A DNA stretch of 64,000 bases from Corallococcus coralloides (GTDB lineage: Bacteria; Myxococcota; Myxococcia; Myxococcales; Myxococcaceae): assembly GCF_044792175.1 (NCBI RefSeq), contig NZ_CP172866.1. One strand, given 5' to 3'. Position numbers and translations under genes: made by a program. Below, one piece after another: positions 21,726 through 28,565 of the stretch. Position 1 is the first letter of the stretch; every line of letters starts with the position of its first letter. A model generated the notes under the pieces. That model was not told where the DNA came from, made no database searches, and saw nothing but the letters and a program-made list of their open reading frames with translations.

Positions 21726-22777
21726 GCGAGCCGCTGGTCCAGGTGCGCGACCTGAAGGTGCACTTCCCTGTGAAGGGCGGCCTGCTGGGCCGCACGCGCG
21801 GCACGGTGCGCGCGGTGGACGGCGTGTCCTTCGACGTCGCCCGGGGCGAGACGCTGGGGCTGGTGGGGGAGAGCGGCTGCGGCAAGAGCACCCTGGGGCG
21901 CGCGGTGCTGCGCCTCATCGACCCGACCTCCGGCTCCATCCGCGTGGCCGGTCGCGAGCTGACCGGCCTGTCGCAGCGCGAGCTGCGTCCGCTGCGCCGC
22001 CAGATGCAGCTCGTCTTCCAGGACCCGTACGCGTCGCTCAACCCGCGCATGACGGTGGGGGACATCCTCGCGGAGCCCTTCGCCATCCACGGCCTGGCGA
22101 AGGGCAGGGCGCGCGAGGACGAAGTGCTGGCGCTGCTCGACGCCATGGGGCTGCCCCGCGAGGCGCGCCAGCGCTACCCGCACGAGTTCTCCGGCGGCCA
22201 GCGTCAACGCATCGGCATTGCACGTGCCATCGCGTTGCGTCCGGACCTGGTGGTGGCGGACGAGCCCATCAGCGCGCTGGACGTCTCCATCCAGGCGCAG
22301 ATCGTCAACCTGCTGGTGGACCTGCAGCGCGAGCGCGGGCTCACCTACGTCTTCATCGCGCACGACCTGAAGATCGTCGAGTACGTGTCCACGCGCGTGG
22401 CGGTGATGTACCTGGGCCGCATCGTGGAGGTGGCGCCGTCGCGGGCGCTGTATGCCGGGCCTCGCCATCCGTACACGCAGGCCCTGCTGTCCGCGGTGCC
22501 CGTGCCGGATCCGGAGCGCCCCGGCACACGCCTGCTGCTGCCGGGAGAGCCGCCTTCGCCCCTGTCGCCGCCTTCCGGTTGCTCGTTCCACCCGCGCTGC
22601 CCGCATGCGATGGAGCGCTGCCGCCGCGAGTCACCGCCGCTGTATCCCCTGGGCGGTGGCCACGCCGCGGCGTGCTTCCTGGCCGAAGGGGATTCGCGCG
22701 ACGTGCAGGACGGGCCCGCCGTTTCCGCGTCCGGAGGAGGTGCCGGTGTTCTGGCTCAGCCATCATCACGCGGATGA
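21722..22777 (+). CDS. ABC transporter ATP-binding protein, OppF/DppF-like
   Basis: ATGA overlap with the upstream ATPase. Walker [18 protein letters not shown], and the C-terminal CSFHPRCP zinc-knuckle-like motif typical of OppF. Confidence 0.85.
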
Positions 22778-23153
22778 GTACAACCGCACGTACGTGCTCG
22801 CGGGCGTGCGCGTGTGCGCGCGGTGCCTGGGCACGTACCCGGTGCTCGCGGGCGTGTTCCTCGCGTTGTTCGCGTTGAAGGCGCCGCTGCGGTGGGAGTG
22901 GGACGTGCCCGGGGTGCTGGCCCTCACGCTGCCCGCGCTCGTGGACTGGGCGGTGGGACGCTTCCGGCCCGCTTCGGGTTCCAACGCGGTGCGCACGCTG
23001 ACGGGCGTCCTGTTGGGAGTGGGGCTCGGCCGCTCGCTGTACGTGCATGTGCAGCGCCCGCTGCCGGCGGTGCTGCTGGCGCAGGCACTTCTGGTGACAG
23101 GGGTGGCGGTCCCTGTCATTCTCGCCACTTACCGGCGGCCACGGCCGGAATAG
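22746..23153 (+). CDS. DUF2085-like small membrane protein
   Basis: GTG start with a GGAGGAGG RBS 6 nt upstream. Contains a CxRC motif followed by four hydrophobic helices. Overlaps the OppF-like end by 32 nt. Confidence 0.5.
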   Translation: MFWLSHHHADEYNRTYVLAGVRVCARCLGTYPVLAGVFLALFALKAPLRWEWDVPGVLALTLPALVDWAVGRFRPASGSNAVRTLTGVLLGVGLGRSLYVHVQRPLPAVLLAQALLVTGVAVPVILATYRRPRPE

Positions 23154-23184
23154 ACCTTTCGCGCACGGCTGTCCGTTACAGGCC

Positions 23185-23865
23185 GTGGGCGGTGAAGGGG
23201 ATGGCACCCGTGGCTTCATGGGCACTGGGGGAAGTTTGGCACCCGAAACCTCAGACGAGCAGTTGATGCTCGCCTTCCAGGCGGGAAACGCGCGTGCGTT
23301 CGAAGCGTTGGTGCGCAAGCACCGCGCGCCGGTGTTCAACTTCATCCTGCGCTTCGTGGGCCACCGGGCGCGGGCGGAGGACGTGCTGCAGGAGACCTGG
23401 CTCAAGGTGGTCCGCAGCGCCCGGGAATACGAGCCCAAGGCCCGGTTCACGACCTGGCTGTACACCATCGCGAGGAACCTCTGCGTGGACAGCACGCGCA
23501 AAGAGAGCTACCGCCAGGCGACGTCCCTGGAAGCCCCCTCGGCGGGTGCCGACGGCGACGAGGGACGTCCGCTGGGCGAGGGGCTGCCGGACGCCGGGGC
23601 CAGCCCGGAGCGCGGCGCGCACAACGCCCGCCTCCGGCCCCTGCTGGAGCGGGCCCTGTCGGCCCTGCCGGAGGAGCAGCGCGAGGTGTTCGTGCTGCGC
23701 GAGTACAGCGGCATCCCGTTCAAGGAGATCGCCGAGGTGACGGGCGTGTCCGAGAACACGGTGAAGAGCCGCATGCGCTACGCGCTGGAGGGCCTGCGCC
23801 GCCGCCTGGGTGAGCTGGGCGTGGACGGCGACCTGTCGGAGGATGGAAGGACGGTGGCGGGATGA
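23185..23865 (+). CDS. ECF (group IV) sigma-70 factor
   Basis: Region 2 (FEALVRKHRAPVFNFILRFV) and region 4 (FVLREYSGIPFKEIAEVTGVSENTVKSRMRYAL) signatures. The start is uncertain and may be the ATG 33 nt downstream. Confidence 0.85.
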   Translation: MGGEGDGTRGFMGTGGSLAPETSDEQLMLAFQAGNARAFEALVRKHRAPVFNFILRFVGHRARAEDVLQETWLKVVRSAREYEPKARFTTWLYTIARNLCVDSTRKESYRQATSLEAPSAGADGDEGRPLGEGLPDAGASPERGAHNARLRPLLERALSALPEEQREVFVLREYSGIPFKEIAEVTGVSENTVKSRMRYALEGLRRRLGELGVDGDLSEDGRTVAG

Positions 23866-25292
23866 ATGCCCAGAATGCCCACGCGCACGAGGACCGGCTC
23901 CTCGACTTCGCCTACGGCGAGCTCCCCGCGTCGGAGGCCCACGCGCTGGAGCAGCACGTCCAGGGCTGCGCGCGCTGCACGAAGGCGCTGGCGGACATCC
24001 GCGGCGTGCGCACCGCCATGGCGCAGTTGTCCTCGGAGCCCGCGCCGGACGCGGGCCTGGAGTCGCTGCTCGCGTACGCGCAGCAGTCCGCGCGCCGCGC
24101 CGCCGCCGGCCCCGAGCCGAAGCCCTCGCGCTGGCGCCGCTTCCTCTTGCCCGCGGTGGGCCTGGCCACGGTGGGCACCTTCGGCCTCCTGACGTTGACG
24201 GTGCGCGAGAACCTCGACCTGTCGCCGAACCTGTCACAGCGGGCCGCCCCCAGCGCGGCGATGGAGGCGGAGAAGGTCGCCCCCGTCGCCCCGGCCCCCG
24301 CGCCGTCGAGCGCCCCCCTCGAAGGGGACGCACCCGAGGGCGGCTCGGAGGCCCTGGCGGCCGCGCCGGGCGCGATGGAGCTCAACCGCAATCAGATGGA
24401 GACCAAGGCCCAGCGCAAGGGCACCGCCGCGGCCCGCCCGTCGGACTGGATGAACGCGGGCAGCGGGGGCGCGCTGCTGGAGCGCCGCGCGGACGCGGAG
24501 GCTCCTAAGAAGATGGTGGCCAAGGCCGTCCGGGACGCGGACGGCGAGTTCGCCGCGCTCGAGCCGCCTCCGGCCGCGCTGGAGGCGCTGGAGGCGCCGT
24601 CGAAGGAAGCGGAGGCCCATGACAGCTTCCTCGCGAAGGACGAGCCCGCGCGGGGGCGCGCCTCGGCCAAGGTCAGCGACAAGGCGCTGGCCACGAAGGG
24701 CGACTCCCTCCGGTTGGGTGAGGCGGCCTATGGCCGTGGGCTCGTCTCGGATGACGCCGAGGACACGTCCGCGAGCGCGCCTCCGCCGCCGCCTCCTCCA
24801 GTTGCCTCCGCGCCCGTGGTGCAGGCCGTGCCCATGGCCCCCGCGAGCGTGGGCTCCATCGGCGGTGCGTCGCCGCCGTCCACGCGCGCTCCCGCCGCGC
24901 CCAAGGAGGAGTCCGCCCGGGCCGAGGCCGCGAAGCCCGCTCCCATGGAGAAGTCCGCGTCCCAGGAGGCGATGACGGCGCGCGACCTGTCCGCCCAGGC
25001 CCAGGCCGCCGCGAACCAGGGTGACCGCGCCCGGGAGGCACGGCTGCTGCGCGCCGCGCTCGCGGCCGGAGCCAGCGGCAGCGAGCGGCTGGCCCTGCTC
25101 TCACGGCTCTGCGAGTCCGAGTCCGTCCAGGGCCGGACCCGGGAGGCCGCCGCCGTCTGCGGGCAGATCATCAAGGAGGCCCCCGGCTCCAGCGCGGCGC
25201 AGCTCGCCCAGCGCCGCCTGCGTCAGGCCTCGCCCCCCACGGCGCCGGCGTCCGCGCCGGCCAAGGCCGCTCCTTCCCAGCCCGCGCAGTAG
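23862..25292 (+). CDS. anti-sigma factor with zinc-binding ASD (HxxxCxxC), one TM helix and a long low-complexity periplasmic domain
   Basis: ATGA overlap with the sigma gene. N-terminus has HALEQHVQGCARCTKAL. A TM segment is LLPAVGLATVGTFGLLTLTV. Confidence 0.7.
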   Translation: MNAQNAHAHEDRLLDFAYGELPASEAHALEQHVQGCARCTKALADIRGVRTAMAQLSSEPAPDAGLESLLAYAQQSARRAAAGPEPKPSRWRRFLLPAVGLATVGTFGLLTLTVRENLDLSPNLSQRAAPSAAMEAEKVAPVAPAPAPSSAPLEGDAPEGGSEALAAAPGAMELNRNQMETKAQRKGTAAARPSDWMNAGSGGALLERRADAEAPKKMVAKAVRDADGEFAALEPPPAALEALEAPSKEAEAHDSFLAKDEPARGRASAKVSDKALATKGDSLRLGEAAYGRGLVSDDAEDTSASAPPPPPPPVASAPVVQAVPMAPASVGSIGGASPPSTRAPAAPKEESARAEAAKPAPMEKSASQEAMTARDLSAQAQAAANQGDRAREARLLRAALAAGASGSERLALLSRLCESESVQGRTREAAAVCGQIIKEAPGSSAAQLAQRRLRQASPPTAPASAPAKAAPSQPAQ

Positions 25293-25310
25293 GGAAGGGC
25301 GGCAGTCCAC

Positions 25311-25613
25311 ATGACCGATGCGGCCGGGGCCCGGGTCCTGGATAATGGGGACATGACGTCGGACGTGCACGCTCCCCCCGTGAACAGCCCCCGGAAGTCG
25401 CCGCCGCGCTCCCCGCGCCGGGCCCGCCGTGGCCAGGCCATGGTGGAGTACTCGATGATCAACTGGGTGTTGATCGTCGGGCTCGTCATCGGCGCCACGG
25501 TGAAGATCCGCTGGACGGACGACCGGCAGACCAACGTCATCGACCTGTTCCTCGAGGCGTATCAGATTTATTACGACTCGTTTTACTTCGTGCTGAACCT
25601 GCCGTTCCCCTGA
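25311..25613 (+). CDS. Flp/Fap-family (type IVc) pilin precursor
   Basis: Class III signal-peptide motif RRG-QAMVEYSMINWVLIVGLVIGATV (G-xxxx-EY) followed by a hydrophobic helix. Lies immediately upstream of cpaB/tadB/tadC. A GGGAAGGG RBS is upstream. The leader is unusually long, basic and Pro-rich. Confidence 0.65.
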   Translation: MTDAAGARVLDNGDMTSDVHAPPVNSPRKSPPRSPRRARRGQAMVEYSMINWVLIVGLVIGATVKIRWTDDRQTNVIDLFLEAYQIYYDSFYFVLNLPFP

Positions 25614-25845
25614 GGGACGCCAGGGCCGCGGATCAACCCGCTGCGTCGAGCCGTCCTCCCCCTGGGCGGGCAGGCTCCGTGAGCGCTGGAGGTCCCGGGA
25701 TTCCGCTTTGTCACGAGAGGTGGTTTTGACACCCGATGTGGGGCATGGCTAACATCTTGCTCCGTTCGCGCCCTGGCATCGCCCCCTCGTCCAAAGCAGT
25801 CCTGCCGCCACGACGGCGCCCCACCGTTCTGGAGGACCTTGAACC

Positions 25846-26664
25846 ATGTTGAAGGGTAAGACCCCGCTCGTCGTCGCACTGGTGCTCGGTTTGCTCGCGG
25901 GCATCGTGGCCTACTCGGCCATCAAGAAGAAGGAATCGGATGTGCGCCGCGGGTGGAACCTGGTGCCCGTGGTGGTGGCGGGCCAGGACATGCCCGAGGG
26001 TTCGGTCATCACGTACGAGATGATCTCCCAGCGCTCCGTGCCGGAGCAGTTCGTCACCTCGTCGGTGGTGAAGCCGGACTCCGCCAACTACATCGTGAAC
26101 CAGAAGGTGCTGGTGGCGCTGCAGGCCGGCGACCCCATCCTCTGGAGCCAGTTCGAGACGACGAAGGCCGCCGAGCGCCTGTCCACGAAGGTGCAGAAGA
26201 AGGCGCGCGCCATCACCATCGAGGCGAAGCAGACCACGTCCGTGGGCGGGTGGATCCGCCCCAACGATCACGTGGACATCATCGGCACGTTCCGCGATCC
26301 GCAGACGGACGAGAGCGTCGCGGTGACGCTGCTTCAGAACATCATCGTGGTCGCCACGGGCAAGATCACCGGCACCACGAACATCAACCTCATCCCGGAG
26401 AACCAGCGCGAGTACTCCAACGTCTCGCTGATGGTGCTGCCGGAAGAGGCGGAGATCCTGGTGCTGGCGGCGGAGCTGGGGCAGTTGACCCTGTCCCTGC
26501 GCAACGAGGACGACGTGGACCTCATCGAGGAGCGTGGCCGCGCGACCATCAGCACGCTGCTCTCCGGTGAGCGCACCCGCGTGCTGGAGCAGAAGCGCCG
26601 GGAGATCATCCAGATCATCAAGGGCAGTGGCGGCGGCGAGAAGGCCTCGGCCGGAGCTCCGTAG
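25846..26664 (+). CDS. cpaB: Flp pilus assembly protein CpaB (RcpC) family
   Basis: N-terminal TM anchor followed by SAF and CpaB periplasmic domains. Positioned between the pilin and tadB. Confidence 0.85.
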   Translation: MLKGKTPLVVALVLGLLAGIVAYSAIKKKESDVRRGWNLVPVVVAGQDMPEGSVITYEMISQRSVPEQFVTSSVVKPDSANYIVNQKVLVALQAGDPILWSQFETTKAAERLSTKVQKKARAITIEAKQTTSVGGWIRPNDHVDIIGTFRDPQTDESVAVTLLQNIIVVATGKITGTTNINLIPENQREYSNVSLMVLPEEAEILVLAAELGQLTLSLRNEDDVDLIEERGRATISTLLSGERTRVLEQKRREIIQIIKGSGGGEKASAGAP

Positions 26665-26742
26665 TCGTCGCGCGCGGGGCCGCTTCGCCAACGCTGAAGC
26701 GGCCCTGCCGACCCCTCCCTCATCCCCCGGGGATTCGCGCCC

Positions 26743-27588
26743 ATGCTCGCAGGTATCGTCCTCCTTCTCGTCACCGGCTCGGTGTTCTTCTTCAGCCTGG
26801 TGATCTTCAGCGTCCTGTCGAAGGCGTATGAGCAGTACCAGGAGCGCTACGTCGCCAAGTCGATGAACGACTTGAGCGACATGTTCCTCTTCATCGACGC
26901 GCGGCAGATGTTGATCCTCAACATCGCCTGCATGTGCCTTCTGGGCATCCTCAGCTACATCATCTTCAACCCCATCCTGGCGGTGCTCGCGACCATCTTC
27001 GGCTTCTTCCTGCCGATGCTGCTCGTGAAGCACTACCGCAAGCGCCGCATCAAGAAGTTCAACGTGCAGTTGGTGGACGCGCTGCAGGCCATGGCCAACG
27101 CGTTCAAGGCGGGCCTCACGTTCCCGCAGGCCATCGAGCACGTGGCGCGCGAGGCGCTGCCGCCCCTGTCCCAGGAGTTCGGCCTCTTCGTGAAGGAAGT
27201 GAAGCTGGGCGTGCCGCTGGAGGAGGCGCTCATCAACATGGGCCGCCGCGTGGGCAGCGACGACCTGGAGCTGGTGGTGGTGTCCACCAACATCGCGCGC
27301 CAGTTGGGCGGCAACATGGCGGAGATGTTCGAGACCATCTCCACGGTGATCCGCGAGCGCTTCCGTCTGGAAGGCAAGATCGACGCGCTGACGTCCCAGG
27401 GCAAGCTTCAAGGCTGGATCGTGGCGGCCATGCCGGCGGTGCTGGGCATGGTGCTCAACTACATGCGTCCGGACCTGATGGAGCCGATGATGAACCACAT
27501 CTTCGGCTACATCCTGGTGACCCTGATCGCCATCATGGAGATCATGGGCATCCTCATCATCCGGCGCATCGTCAACATCGACATCTGA
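26743..27588 (+). CDS. tadB: TadB-like (GspF-fold) inner-membrane platform protein
   Basis: 281 aa with N-terminal TM helices, a cytoplasmic T2SSF domain and C-terminal TM helices, as is typical of TadB/CpaG. Confidence 0.85.
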   Translation: MLAGIVLLLVTGSVFFFSLVIFSVLSKAYEQYQERYVAKSMNDLSDMFLFIDARQMLILNIACMCLLGILSYIIFNPILAVLATIFGFFLPMLLVKHYRKRRIKKFNVQLVDALQAMANAFKAGLTFPQAIEHVAREALPPLSQEFGLFVKEVKLGVPLEEALINMGRRVGSDDLELVVVSTNIARQLGGNMAEMFETISTVIRERFRLEGKIDALTSQGKLQGWIVAAMPAVLGMVLNYMRPDLMEPMMNHIFGYILVTLIAIMEIMGILIIRRIVNIDI

Positions 27589-27601
27589 AGCGAGGCGCAC
27601 C

Positions 27602-28492
27602 GTGCAGGAAGTCCTGACATTTCTGCTGATGGGCGGCTCGGCACTGCTGACCGCGGGCGCGGTGGCGTTCCTGGGCATCGGCCTGTACACCAACCTCCTG
27701 GAGCGCTTCCTCACGGAAGTCCGCGACGAGTCCGCGGGCGGCATGAAGGGCGCGGGCTCCGTCGCCATCCGCAAGCTGGGCGCGATGAACCGGCGCTTCA
27801 TGTGGCCGGGCTACGAGTCCAAGACGCGCCGCAAGCTGATCAAGGCGGGCGAGCCGTCCCAGTACAAGCCCGAGGACATCATGGCGCTGCAGGAGGTGAG
27901 CGCCTTCCTGGGCCTGCTGGTGGGCCTGTTCGTCGCCAACGGCATCGGGGCGAACCTGGCGTGGTCGCTGCTGGTGATGCTGCTGGGCCTGTTCTATCCG
28001 CTCATCTGGTTGAACGACCAGGTGAAGCGCCGTCACCTGGCCATCAGCCGCGCGCTTCCGTACAACCTGGACCTGCTGACTCTGTCGGTGGAAGCGGGCA
28101 TGGACTTCACGGGCGCGCTGGCGAAGGTGGTGGAGAAGGGCCGCCAGGGGCCGCTGCGCGAGGAGCTGCAGTTGGTGCTCAAGCAGCTCAAGATGGGCAA
28201 GACGCGTGAAGAGGCGCTCAAGGGCATGATCGTGCGCGTGGACCTGCCGTCGCTGACGACGTTCGTCACGGCGCTGATCCAGGCGGACAAGATGGGCACG
28301 AGCCTGGGCAAGGTGCTGCGCATCCAGTCCACGCAGATGCGCATCGACCGCACGCAGCGCGCGGAGAAGCTGGCGGGCGAGGCACCGGTGAAGATGCTCT
28401 TCCCGCTCATCGCGTGCATCTTCCCGACGGTGTTCATGGTGCTCTTCGGGCCCATCGTGTTCCAGTTCATGTTCGGCAACGTCGGGGGCTAG
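27602..28492 (+). CDS. tadC: TadC-like (GspF-fold) inner-membrane platform protein
   Basis: 296 aa. Second T2SSF-domain paralog, typical of TadC/CpaH. Confidence 0.85.
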   Translation: MQEVLTFLLMGGSALLTAGAVAFLGIGLYTNLLERFLTEVRDESAGGMKGAGSVAIRKLGAMNRRFMWPGYESKTRRKLIKAGEPSQYKPEDIMALQEVSAFLGLLVGLFVANGIGANLAWSLLVMLLGLFYPLIWLNDQVKRRHLAISRALPYNLDLLTLSVEAGMDFTGALAKVVEKGRQGPLREELQLVLKQLKMGKTREEALKGMIVRVDLPSLTTFVTALIQADKMGTSLGKVLRIQSTQMRIDRTQRAEKLAGEAPVKMLFPLIACIFPTVFMVLFGPIVFQFMFGNVGG

Positions 28493-28565
28493 TCCTCTGC
28501 CCATCCTGCTCACCATCACCCAGGGGCTCCAGGTTGGACGGGAGCTCGCCTTCGAGCAGGCCGAA

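Noticed and set aside
25614-25845. Possible sigma-54 (-24/-12) promoter near ctggcatcg / ggcatgg...ttgct upstream of cpaB
   Set aside because: The spacing between the GG and GC elements does not fit (9 nt instead of 4-5). Left as unassigned intergenic.
25711-27801. 696-aa minus-strand ORF across cpaB/tadB
   Set aside because: Antisense shadow. The + strand genes have clear CpaB/TadB membrane-protein signatures.
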